A stretch of 60,014 bases of DNA, the filler included, from Sphacelaria rigidula (taxonomy: Eukaryota), in NCBI GenBank assembly GCA_964200075.2. It is 8 parts of 8 records of this genome, joined end to end, with 100 filler letters (N's around TTAATTAATTAA, not from the genome) between each part and the next. Parts side by side here need not be neighbours in the genome. Positions count along the whole stretch, not along the records: positions 7,516 to 14,930 come from CAXNAA020015032.1; positions 15,031 to 22,444 come from CAXNAA020015033.1; positions 22,545 to 29,958 come from CAXNAA020015034.1; 5 more parts are not named here. One strand, given 5' to 3'. The notes beneath the pieces are model-generated. The model was not told where the DNA came from. It did no database searches and saw nothing but the letters and a program-made list of their open reading frames with translations. Below, piece after piece: positions 13,451-25,500 of the stretch (the stretch's first letter is position 1; each line of letters starts with the position of its first letter). Made by a program: the position numbers and the translations under genes.

Positions 13451-14359
13451 GTTTCTAGAAGAAAACATGAAGACTTTCGTTCGTCCATGTTTTCATCATC
13501 GAACAGAGCTCTCGAGCCGCCGCTACCACCAGGCTTACCTTCCGGCGCCTACGTGGGCTACCCCGGCGGAGGCAACGCCCCCCGCGACGGGCCGCCGGAC
13601 GTCACTAATCCGGGGGAGTCCATAGTCGACGCTGCGATCAGAGCAGCGCTGGCCAAGGACTCGGAGCGAGGCGCGCATGGCTTCCACCGCGACCCCACGT
13701 CGGCCAACACCAGCACTAACAGCTCGACCTTCATCTACCAAAACGGGGTCGGCGGCGTTCCCCCCAATTCGCACAAGTATCCTCACCACCAGCAACAGCC
13801 AGCCGTCGTCGGTGGTGGTAGCGGCGGTACCGCCCAGGTGATCGTTCCCAGCCCCAGCACCGACCGCATGCCACGAGAACGAACAATAGATCCGTACAGG
13901 AGGCATCACTACGTTGGTGCGGGCGACGTGGGTACGGGGGGCGGTTCCAACGGGAGCAATCCCAACAGCGTGTATGTGTACGACCAGCAAACGCAACAGC
14001 CCCAGCACCGAAGAATAGGCCAGACTTCCAGCGGGAGCGGGAGCGGTGCTAGCTTAGAAAGCAGCGGAAGCGGTGCGCGGGGAACTCCCCAGGCGAAACC
14101 AAGGTCTATCTGGGAGCGCGGGGGAGGGGAGAATAATACACGCGCGGTTGCTCGAACGTACAATCCGCAGCCGGCGGTAACGGAGGTGGTGCCCATGGAG
14201 TCGGAAAGTATCGGAATTTCGGGATCGACAGGTGGGTCGGGGCGAGGACCGCGCCCGGAATCCGGGTCGCAGACGGGTTCGTCGTCGTCTGCGAGCGGGG
14301 GTGTCGCGAGGAGCGAGGTGCCGCGTGAGAATGTGCAGCATCAATCACTGCATGCGTGG
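13451..14359 (+). CDS. Large exon of an unidentified G/S/P/Q-rich, probably disordered protein (partial gene)
   Basis: 909-nt open GC-rich frame inside ORF 13355-14386. It is preceded by a long pyrimidine tract and ...tttacag, and followed by a GTGAGT donor at 14360 (phase 0 at both ends). An alternative ATG lies at 13487. Confidence 0.7.
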
Positions 14360-14752
14360 GTGAGTTACACTGTGTTTAGTTCATAACAAGTGTATGATTT
14401 TTGTTCATGTGTGTGTGTAAGTGTGTGTTTTTGGGCGCGCGGGGGGGGTGACTTCACCAACCCCCATCCCCCGCAATACTTTCATTTGGACGATAGTTTT
14501 GGATCGTTCCACGACTCCCGTGCTGAGTCCTCATCACCTTGCAATAGGGGCGAGGGAGATGTGTTGTGCATGTGCGTTTGATGACATTTTCTGCTCTTTG
14601 CTTGTGTCGAGGTGATTTCAAGAGTTTTCCCTTCTCGTGTTTTTTGGATTTGCAGTCTTTTGCTGCCCGAAGAATAATAACTAGATCATACGCTTCTTGC
14701 CTCGCATGTGTCACTGATTTTATTTTGTTGCGCCTCCCACCCCCCACCCCCA

Positions 14753-14849
14753 CTGGTCTGGCGAAATCCCGGCGTGCTCCGTCCCGGCGTTCGAGGGATG
14801 CGAGGTTGATGGTCATATGACAACGGCATGCAAGAGCATGAGTACGCCG

Positions 14850-14883
<34 letters not shown>
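14753..14883 (+). repeat. Dispersed repeat ending in a C-rich tract; copies at 52601-52670 and 59823-60014
   Basis: ctggtctggcgaaatcccggcgtgctccg...gggatgcgaggttgatggtcatatgacaacggcatg..catgagtac matches 59823-59915 colinearly. Confidence 0.8.
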
Positions 14884-14930
14884 ACCACAACAAGCCCCGC
14901 CCAAACCAGCCCGCCCGCACGAGGCGGAAG

Positions 14931-15030
14931 NNNNNNNNNNNNNNNNNNNNNNNNNNNNNNNNNNNNNNNNNNNNTTAATTAATTAANNNNNNNNNNNNNN
15001 NNNNNNNNNNNNNNNNNNNNNNNNNNNNNN
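14931..15030. other. Artificial contig spacer
   Basis: 44 N + TTAATTAATTAA + 44 N. Confidence 0.98.
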
Positions 15031-15180
15031 TGGGAATTCCCACGCTTGCGTTCGTTCTAGCCAATGTCGCCAATACGGGGCGCTTCATGCTGCCTGAACC
15101 CAAACATCAGGCGCTGTGTAGCCATTTTTTTCGTGACATTTTTGAGCTGGTTGTGGGGGGCGGCTATCGTAAAAAGTGTC
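15031..15180 (+). mobile_element. Right part of the GAC...GTC MITE family (full copy at 30453-30700), at the start of the Gypsy contig
   Basis: tgggaattcccacgcttg...ggctatcgtaaaaagtgtc aligns with 30552-30700. Confidence 0.8.
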
Positions 15181-18100
15181 AGGACCCCCCCGTGCCACGA
15201 CGATCCTTCGGAAAACACATTCGTTCCGGAGGATCAATCTCGAGTCTATTTTAGTACCATTGCCCAACAACACAAGAGCGATGTGGCTGCAGATCAATTG
15301 TCGGAATTTGGCCCGGACTTGGTCAGTGGAACTGCACTCATGGATGACGCCTCCTTCACAACCCGAACAGGTATACATAGTGGAGTGCATGCAACACGCC
15401 CTTTGATGGCCGTTACACTGCCCGACACTGGCTCGCCACAAACTTTCATCACAGCCAGCTGCTGGCAACACATGATGAACTCTGGAGCAGCAGACAAACA
15501 TTGCCTTTCTACTGCTCCTCCCTCGTGTTTTTGGCGGGTTTGGTGCCTCCACTCTCCTTACGGTTGATCAATTAGTAAGACTCAGAGTGCAATTCTTCGA
15601 TGACACGGATCCCACTGCACGATTAGCTGTGTGGGCACTCATTGTGCCCGATGGTTCCATGTCGGTTGATGTTCCCGTGAGAGCTGGCTACGTTTTTGCA
15701 CACATACATACACGACGAACTCTCCTGTTTTGAACCGACCACTGACAGGCAGATTAAAATTGGGACATCACGACGCTGCTCCAGGGGCTCAAGCCTATGT
15801 CGATGACCCAACACAAACAGGTGATGCTTTTCGACTGTATTATGTTGGAGACCACGTCGTCGCTCTGTCCCGTGAACCTCAACATATCCATGTGAATCTT
15901 GTGAGACGAAACGGATCCCCCGCCCTCACTGGACAGTACTTGGTCGACTTAACCAATCCCAACCAAACCCCAGACAGTATTCCCCCCTTTGATCAGCCCG
16001 ATGTATTTGTCCATGAGGGGCGGCAATCCATTCCCCTCACGTCCTCTGCATGTCTCGATGTCCTTCCTGGTCAGTTGTTGGGTTTTGCTCAAGCGCCCCT
16101 CCAACGGGCAGCCTTGTCGAATGTATGCCTGAAGGTGCCACCGCAAACATCATCAGACAGCTCAGAGACAAACGGTTCCACTTCGTTCGACAAGACTGAC
16201 CCCATGGTTGTGGCCGAATCGACTGATACGCCTGACAAAAAACCTCCGACTGTCTTACTATATACATTCTCGCCAGAGCAACGTGTTAGTTTTCAACGAT
16301 TATGGGATGTAATTCCCCCCCATTTGAGACACATTGCGTTTGATTTATCTGGTGAGGGTTGGACACCCACGGTGATTGATCGGTTGCGCTTCATCTTGAT
16401 ACGATACTCTGAACGATTTTCCAAATCGTCAACAGATTTAGGCCGCTGCAACACTATACCGTTCAAGATCAACATTCCTGATGGCACGATACCTATCGCC
16501 ATGCGTCCGTACCGTACAAACTCTCTTCTGGCGGGTAAAATTCAAGCAATTATCGACGATTACTGGTCCGCCGGGTTAATACGGCACTCAACGTCTCCAT
16601 GGGCCTCGCCTTTGGTAGTCTTCCGGAAGAAGAATGGTAAGATCGGACTGACCGTCAATTATCAACGATTGAACGCAGTCACCAAAATCGCACGTCTACC
16701 TCTTCCCCGGATAGATGAAATCATCGACTCCCTCGGTGGGGGCAATTTTTTTTCGAACTTCGACATACAGTCCGGTTACCACCAACTGGTGATGGATCCG
16801 CACTCTATCGAGCTGATGGCGTTCTGCACCTCGTCAGAACTATATGAGTGGCTAGTCACTCCACAAGGTGCCGCCGGCGCCCCAGGAGCGTTTCAACGTG
16901 TGATGTTTCGCGTCATTGATGGACTGTTCAAATGCCACATGTATCTTGACGATGCGGTGGTTCACGGCAGTACACCCGCTGAACACGTCGAAAATTTGGC
17001 GTCCTTCTTTGCTCGTTTTGAGCAACACAATTTAATGCTCGCACCCTCTAGATCCTGCATTGCAGCCACGCACATCGACTTCCTAGGCCATTGTATCAGC
17101 CCTGAAGGTCGTAGCCCCAACCTCGACAAAGTTGTCGCACTTAGAGAGATGCCCATGCCACGCGATGTCTCTCAACTGCGCTCTTTACTCGGTGGTTTGA
17201 GTTACTACCGTCAATATCTGCCAAACTTAGCCCAAGCTCCAGAACCTCTCACCGCCCTCCTCAAGAAGGGGGTGAAATTCGTGTTCACGTCGGCAATGGA
17301 AAAAATTGTACGAGAGCAGCTCGAAACGTTGTCAACGCCACCAATTCTGTTTTTCCAGACTGATCAGCTGCTGAAAATGGCTCCCATCCGTTCCGACTGC
17401 ACACGGATTCTTCGAAAATTGGGTTTGGCTGCACATTGGAACAGGAACAAGATGATGCTAGTGTTCGCCTCATTGTATATCTGAGCCGAACCACCTACCC
17501 AAACGAACAGAACTGGTCCGTTATGGAACAGGAAGCAGGTGCAATTGTTTGGGGAGTGTGACGACTCCGGCAATATTTGTATGACCTCCCGTTTGTGATT
17601 TATACAGATCATAAGTCTTTGGAAAACCTCGCCAAAATGGCGGAACACAACGCCCGGGTTCAACCCTGGTTTGAAATCCTGTCTTCCTACAGCTTCACGT
17701 TGAAGTACCGCACAGGTCCCCAAAACGCAAGCGCCGGCTTCCTGTCACGCTTGCTCTTACCAGCCCAACCCATCGACAACTCCGCCGTGGGTCGCATAAC
17801 AGACCCCACCGAAGACATTGTATATTTCATAAGCACAAATGGTCATCGCGGACTCTATACACCACTCTCACTGAGCCACAACTCGGCACTTGTTGAAAAT
17901 AAGCTGACGCCTTCGGCTCACGCTTCTGTATTGGGCAGTTTGGCCCCACGATCGTTGTGTTCAGTTAAGAGTGAAATTCGTGTAACCACCGGCGGGTATG
18001 ATCAATTTCGTGCGTCTGGTCATCGGATGGTTTGCACTATAGAGCCGGTTTCTAGTGACTGCGTCCTCCCGGTTCAAGTCCGAGACCTCATCTCGAGCCG

Positions 18101-20706
18101 GACCCGAGGACGCCGGGCCGCGGAAACGACTGCCGCCCTGGCAGCAGCCGGTCCAGACCTCTCAATCCCCAACCCCATTCCAGTCCCCGACAGCTTCCTT
18201 GCGCCCCCGTTACCTCCGCGGCGCAAGGGCCCAAGAAAGTCGACACCTTCCAGATCACCTCTGCCCACCATAGTCGAGACCTCGACTGTGCCTCCTCCAC
18301 CCCGTGATGGTACCACATCCGGTACCACACCATCCGACACCCTCCACGACGTAGGAATAGAGGTGAACGTTCCGTTTGAGACTACACTGACCACCCCCTC
18401 TGACCTTGATCCAAATAACGCCTCGTGTCCATCCCACAGCGATTCGATCCCCTGCGTTTTGGACAACCCCCCCAACAGTGTATTCAAGGAACTGACCCTC
18501 TTTTTTCACGCCGATTGGGCTCGGGAACAGCAAGCTGAACCTGCTTGTAGAGCAGCTATACATTATCTATCCAAAGGATGCCCCTCCCCCTTTCCAGAAA
18601 CTGAGTTCATTTTGCCAGTAGGGCCCCACCCAGCCCCCACACAGGATGAAGTTACTGAATTATCGCGTAAAGGCGTGCTTTATACGGATGATGATGACGT
18701 TGTTCTGTTAGTTCACCGGCCCCCCACGACACATCCTGGAGGGAAACCTACAAGTAGGCACGCCCGTTTGTTGGGTGATGCCCCCGTACGCATTTATGTT
18801 CCGATGCTTCTGCGTCCATGAGTTCTCCATGAATGCCCCTCACAAGCATCCACACATCTGGGCGTCGCTAGGACCTCCTAGATGCTTCAGCGTTTTTTTG
18901 GGGGATTTGTATGGACCAATGTGTGCGTTGGTGGGTTTGGCGGTGTCTTCTTTGCCAAGCACGCAAAACTTCGCGTCAAACAGTTAGATGGCCGGTAATC
19001 TGTATGACCCTCCCCAATGGGCCTGGTGAAATAGTTTCATGGGACTACTTTGGCCCCCTGCCCCTCACCGATAGTGGTAACAAGTACATTTTGTTGTTTA
19101 CGGATCGGTTCAGTCAACATGCTGTGATGAATGCTGTTTCGGAGGCCAACTATAGTGCAGAAGGGGCTGCCAACGTCCTTGTGTACACATACAGCCCTCA
19201 GTGGGGTGTCCCCAAACGTTTGTTATCCGATAACGGCCCACATTCTGTCGGCAAAATTTCTGCCGCGATAAGTAATCTCCTGGGTGCCCATCGTATTTTT
19301 ACTAGTTCATACCATCCGTCCACTAACGGTGGGACCGAACGAGTTAATCACACGATGGCGCAAAAGCTTGCCACAGTGACCAATGAGCGACAAACGGACT
19401 GGGACCTGCACTTACCCCTTGTCCAAATGATCTATAACAACTCCGTCAATGCCGCCACAGGCTTGGCTCCCAATAAAGTTCATATTGGTAGTATGCCCAG
19501 ATTGCCATTGACAGTGTTCGACAAGAATACCCCCTGGTGGTCATCTGAGTTTGGATCAGGATATTGTGGAGTATCATATGTCTGTTAGTAATCGTCTTCG
19601 TCTCGCATAAGAGGTGGTACGGGAGCAGAACTTGATCAACGCAGCAAAGGTAGCTAAGGCAAACAGCGTGTTGGATGATGCAGTGAACAACCGTCCGGTG
19701 TGGAAAGTAGGTGAATGGACATGGGTGTATAACGATGTGAGAGCTGTAACCCAAGGTGCAAGCTCTGCTAAGTCGTCGTCGAATAAGGTGTTGAAGTCGA
19801 AGCTTTGCTTGAATTGGACTGGTCCTTGGAAGATTTCGGCAGTTGGGCCCTGTGATACCGCACCTGACGATAGGCCAGTAGGTGAGAAGCTTTTGTATTT
19901 GGATTTCACCACGGATGAACCTGGCGTCAAACCCCAAAACCGGGTCTCGATGCTTCGGTGTAAGTCGTGTCTGCCCCCTCACGACACTAGTGATATGCCC
20001 AAGTGATTGCCTATGGGGCTCAGTCAGTATGTGCTAATCAGGTATGCGGCGAAAACCCCACCGTACCACATGACGGTTGAAGACGCTGACGGTCCTCTTG
20101 AACGTGTAGTGGTAGATCGCATCTCGGGCCATCAATTAGTCCGAGGTCGAGGCGGTAAAATTGCGGTTATGTATCACACTCACTGCAAAGGCCTCATGCG
20201 TGTTACGTGGGAACGGGAGGAAGATTTTCGTCATTTTCGAAGAGAGATACTTTTATATTGGGTCGGAGATGTTGTCCAACACCGCCCGTTGAACAAACGA
20301 TATAGGTCTATGCGAAAAGGCGCAGCAGCTCGTGAACTGGCCCGAGAGCACTCGGCACGATTTGTCATTTCGGGCTATAGTCTCATTTCTCGTTCGCAAT
20401 ACCTGCGCTCTTTTTCGAAGAAACGTTTGCCGAAAGGTGCATATTTCTGGTACAGGGCTATGGATTCGCGGTGGTCGCTGGGGAAGATTCATTTGATGGA
20501 TCTTGAGGCGGACGATTCCTACTATATCCGCTTCCTACTACATCCGCTTCCTCGATTATCTGGGTCCTCTCAAGATCCGTCTCCATGATTACTACACCGG
20601 GATGCCGACCGCTCGCCGAGGATCTCGGTGCCTACAACGACACGACAAAGGGGACATAGACACAGCTGTCTTGCGCAACCCCGATACGGCGTGGGACACG
20701 GAATAA
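15181..20706 (+). mobile_element. pol: Decayed Ty3/Gypsy LTR-retrotransposon pol: protease, RT, RNase H, integrase, chromodomain and a Tudor-like tail
   Basis: Domain order PR-RT-RH-INT. Protease LPDTGS (~15424). RT SPWASPLVV, FDIQSGYHQ and YLDD (16942-16953). RNase H HTDSS, EQEAGAIVW and YTDHKSL (~17380-17750). Integrase HLG..CLLC, WDYFGP, SDNGP and NGGTERVN (~18830-19500), then WTGPWKI (GPY/F-like). Multiple stops and frameshifts, so non-functional. Confidence 0.95.
20097..20261 (+). other. Chromodomain in the Gypsy integrase C-terminus
   Basis: VVDRISGHQLVRGRGGKIAVMYHTHCKGLMRVTWEREEDFRHFRREILLYW fits the chromodomain pattern VxrI..h...YlvkWkG....TWE.ee.l. Confidence 0.75.
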
Positions 20707-22444
20707 TCTTGATAGCGAATTGCGTTCCTTCCGATTTTTTCGTGTTCTTTGAAATCTCCCCTATTTTTTTTCCCTTGTCGTTGGTGTCGTTTTCTCAAGT
20801 ACCGTTGTGGATCGGTTGTCTGCATTTTTCCTTACCGCCAATCGTAGTTCCCCTGGTCTCGTGTTTTTTTCTAGAATTCCCCCCTGCTTCCCGTTGTCCT
20901 CTCGTGGTCTCGTTTCCTTGAACACCGTGTAGCCCGGTTGCCCACGTTTCCCTCGGCAGTACCCAGTAGCCGCGAATGTCTGTGTTCTGTAGTGAACCGT
21001 TGCCGCGTATGCCTGTTCCTGTGTGAAGCTTTTGTCTTCTCTTTTCCTTGTTTTTGTTAGTTTTTTTTCTTCTTGCCTTCTATTTTTTTTATTCTGTCCC
21101 GTTTTCCCTTCTTCCTACCTTGCATGGTCACCTGCTTTCCTTGTTTTTGTCTTTGGTTTTGCTTTTTGTTTGTATTCGGAGGCGGCGACGCACACCGTTG
21201 GTATTCTTCAGCACGTCCCGTATCAACCCCTTTCCGGGGCAAATACCCGGTGTGTGCGATTGCCCAACCACGTACGCTATCAACCTCTCCAACGGACTGG
21301 TTCTTTCGGCGTACCCTGTTATTCGTTTCCCCCCTAGTATTTTCTTTGTTTTGTGTGTGTGTGTTTGATTTTTGTTTTTGACAGCTTAATACCGTTGGAC
21401 TCACGTTGGCTTTCGATGACCGGGTTATGTGTTGCATGCCCAACACGCCCTCTTCTTGAGTACCGTCGAAGATTCTTTGTAATTGCTTGCTGTATCAGTT
21501 GTCCCATGTTCGGGGATATTACTTTTCTCTTGGATTATTTTCAGTTCCGTTGCTCGGCTATATTCCGCCCAACACCAGTCCGCCAAAAATTGTTTTGTTT
21601 TTGGCAGTCTCGAGGTCGTACATCCGGTCCGCCGCTTCGAAAACCAGTACGGTGGTTCGTTTCTCTTGTAGGGTTGTTGCTGGCGTTTTATCGCGTTGAT
21701 GTGCTCGGCGGGAGTTTATCCTTCCGCTTGTATGCACACCCTCTCGAGTTTCTCGTCTGAACGGGAAAGTATTTAAAAACGGACCGCAGTATTGGCCCCT
21801 CATCTGTATACTTGTCGTGGTTCACCACGAACGCATCGGATTACCCGCCTTGGATTTATCTCCTATGGTTGTGTTATTCGTTGACGCTTTGTGGGAGGAT
21901 ACAGGCACCTTTTCAATTCGATGGGCCGCCCTTCATCGTCACGTTGCTGCATCATGTTGGCTCACGGCTACATGTTGATTTTGGTTTCCGGTGTCTTCCG
22001 CTCAGCGAAAGATTTTTTTTTCCTTTTTTTTTCCGCTTGAGCATTCAACACCGTTGGGTTCTACTGATGAAAGAAGTGTACGATCGTTTGTGCTTCCCCG
22101 GTACTGTGAAACGCCTTGGCGGGCTGCTTGAAAAAAAAGGGCAATGGCCTAAAAGGTATACCTTCTCGTTTTTCGCCGAAGAAAGGTACGAAAAATGGCC
22201 AGAAATGCGAAAACAGCCTAACACGCCGTTTTGACCGTTTTCGCAACGGATTTTTCACGCACATCATTCGGGGGGACCATTGGCACCCGGGACTCGAAAA
22301 ACAACCGGATAAAAAGCATGTTACTCGAGAGATATGGGCTCACGAAAACGGACATGTCGCATCCAGAAACCGCTCACCTTTTGTAGGCCACATTTCGCCG
22401 AGATATACCTGATCTAGGAGTTCTTTTTCAATCGTACCTTATCT

Positions 22445-22544
22445 NNNNNNNNNNNNNNNNNNNNNNNNNNNNNNNNNNNNNNNNNNNNTTAATTAATTAA
22501 NNNNNNNNNNNNNNNNNNNNNNNNNNNNNNNNNNNNNNNNNNNN
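22445..22544. other. Artificial contig spacer
   Basis: 44 N + TTAATTAATTAA + 44 N. Confidence 0.98.
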
Positions 22545-25500
22545 GAAGATTTTAATCCTCCGGGTTCTCATCCTCAATCAAAAGCACCATCCTCAACATA
22601 GATGATTGGCTGTTATATTGAGAGTAGAGGATACAATTGAAAGTGAAAAGCGGTCAATTAGTGCATGATGAATCGTTTCACTTCCGAAAGGCCCTTCCAC
22701 GAGGCCCGATATTACTTCTGTAGTAGCTTGCCACTAAGGCCCCTCATATCCCTGAGTAAGATATCGACGTGTAGCTGTGAGCACACGCTAGTGATAAGAG
22801 AAGATGTAAAGAAAAGTACACACAAAATGAAAAATTGGCTAGGTTAAGGCAAATTACCAAAGCCACTCTCAATCAGCGCTCTACTCTCTAAGCATTGTTT
22901 TGTTGTGTGAATTATGTGAGCACGCAACGTATGGCATTCGCGGGATACCCCGATTGCATTTGAAAACGGGAATATCTTGTCCCACAATCTTGTTTAACTC
23001 CTAACTTTAGGAGCTCCTGAATGAGCAAGATTTGAGGGGAAATGTGCGACCCCTACCGTAGCATGAACCAAAACCGACTGCACGCGGCGCAATTACTGCC
23101 CGCTCAATTCGGATGCCATCTACGACCCGATGGGTTTTGACGTTGCATTTCACGAGTTCTACAACCCCTCACTGAGATGGGAAAATATCGTTACACACGT
23201 TAGATGGCAAAATGTCGATACACACGTTAGCTGCAGAGACAAATCAATATGCCCTGTGTACAGTAGATGAAACGTATCTCTACCAGTCCTCCAGTTTCTG
23301 GCGACACGGACCCTTGTCGGAGGTGAAAACATGGGGGTAAAGTGAAGATCATCTACTGCAGATACCTTCACTATTCCACCGCTCAATTGAAGCAATCTTG
23401 GTCTTGAACGACAACTAGTAACTAGTTTTACCTGACTGTAGAGTTTTGGTGTCGTGACACTCGTCAGTAGTCAGTAATCTTCTATCCTGTGTGAGACGGG
23501 TATTTTGGAAAATGACGTTTTCCCTCATCCAGATAAGAACTCTTTTGACGGGTATTCATCGCTGGTTTGTGAGCTGGGTGGAATTGAGCCAGACATGGAT
23601 GAGAAGGTAGCTTTGGGCACATACTTCAGCTATGTACTACTATCGTGGTGGTCTTATCCTCTGCCGACTTCTTTGACTACCTTGTGTCTTCATTTTCGAG
23701 GTGGTGGTGGGAAACGTGACACTAATCCCGGCGTGTAGTGAGGTTTGCATCCTTCAGGACGCAGAAAATGACTTGTCGTTTACCTTGCTTACGCGACCAT
23801 TTTAATTCAATAGAATGGAAAGCCCGTGGGCCCGAAGACATCATGTTTCGACTACGAGTACATCAAACAGGTGCTGGCAGATCATGGCAAAAAGATTTCT
23901 TGAAGATGATGTGAGTGCGTTGTGTGCTGTAAGGTAGTATAGACGAACAAAGATCAATCAAAGTCATGGATATTCGATGCTGTGCTACACCGCCTGTGCT
24001 GCACTCGCCGTTCGCTGCAGCCAGCAGCTGTGGGGCTGAACACATTAACCGTAGGTGACGAGGTATAACACCCCTGGGTGACAAAAACTTCCACTTCAGA
24101 TTTCTCCACGAGCAGGACCGAAACTGATCCAACTAGCCCTTGTAGCTACTTTTTTACGTGACACGTTCCCAATGATATAATTTTAGGTGCCATTCAGCAG
24201 AATAGTCCTCGAAAAAATTGAGGTCGAGATGATTCGATGATGGCGTGGTGTCAAGACGTGGTGGACCTGTGTCTGAACCTACAATCCAGATGATAATCTA
24301 CTGTGTCAGAGCACTGCGCCGACTGATGGTGGCAGGGGAAATCATTGGTTGTGGTGGTTCTGATGGTAGATGCAGTGGTATGTGGATGCAAAACGGGTAT
24401 TGTTCATGTGCGTATTGCCGTTGAAATTATGCACCACGGTATACAGCACTTACTGTCTGTAATTCAAAAGGCTGCTGGTTTTGTTGCGCAAAGAAATGCG
24501 GAAAAAATATGCAGGAGGATGATCGCGCAAAACCCGAAGCAGCTGTTTGGAGGGTTTAGTTTTACATGGATCCATCCCTGGGGAGAACTGCAGATGGCCA
24601 CTCCAGTACGGCACGCAGTGATCTATGTGTGCCTCTACTACGTTTCTTGCTGTGCTCAAATTTGCACAGGATCCCGTCCACTTTGGGAGACGCATGGTTA
24701 GAACAAGCAAATCAAAATCTGGAAACTTATCCAGTGTCTTTTGCCCGATTTAGTGTCACGTTCTTCACCACCACCCCACAAAAAGACGCGACGGAGTATA
24801 AGAAGTGGACGAAGCAAGAACGACGGTGATGGTGGTAGGTAGCTGTGGTATGTATCTGAATCTATGCCCTCATCGAAGTCCATCTCAATCCCTCACAGTA
24901 CAGCACACTAACAAGCGATGGATCGCCTTCCTAATGCAGCACAGAGCAAAATCTTTATATGTACTTGTACAAAGTCATTTTCCAGCATGCCCATCCGACA
25001 CGCGGTCGAAGATTATCGACGCTGCACGAATGGCGGCAAGCTGAAACTCAACAGGCAGGTACAACTAGCTACTAGCCGTCGTTCAAGACGAAAATCGCAC
25101 TAATCAACGGTCGAGATTGAGCAATAGTTGCAACAGATGACCTTTACCTCACCTCAATGTTTTAATCTACAGCAGGGATCTGCGCGGGCAAAACCTGGAC
25201 CCGTTGGTAGGCATGCGTCTTAGCTATACAGAGCGACTGACGTTGCATTTACAAATGCTGCGTGTATCGAGACATTGCCATCTGGGTGGGGGGTGTTGGA
25301 ACAGGTGAGTTGCGGCGTAAAGTCGCATCAGATCATGAACGTTATCCGAGATGACACCAGGGTACCGTCATTGCTCCGCCTCCAGGTGATTCTTACTCTT
25401 GGATATATCTTCTCCTTTTGTCATACATGCAAACATTAACACTGCTCGCCGGTAGGAGAGGTTAAAAGCATGTGCATACCGATGTCGCAAAGGTGGCGCG

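Noticed and set aside
23400-25100. Transposase-like minus-strand fragments (AHIDHCVPYWSGH..)
   Set aside because: Too many stops and frameshifts and no diagnostic motif; probably TE debris but not assignable.
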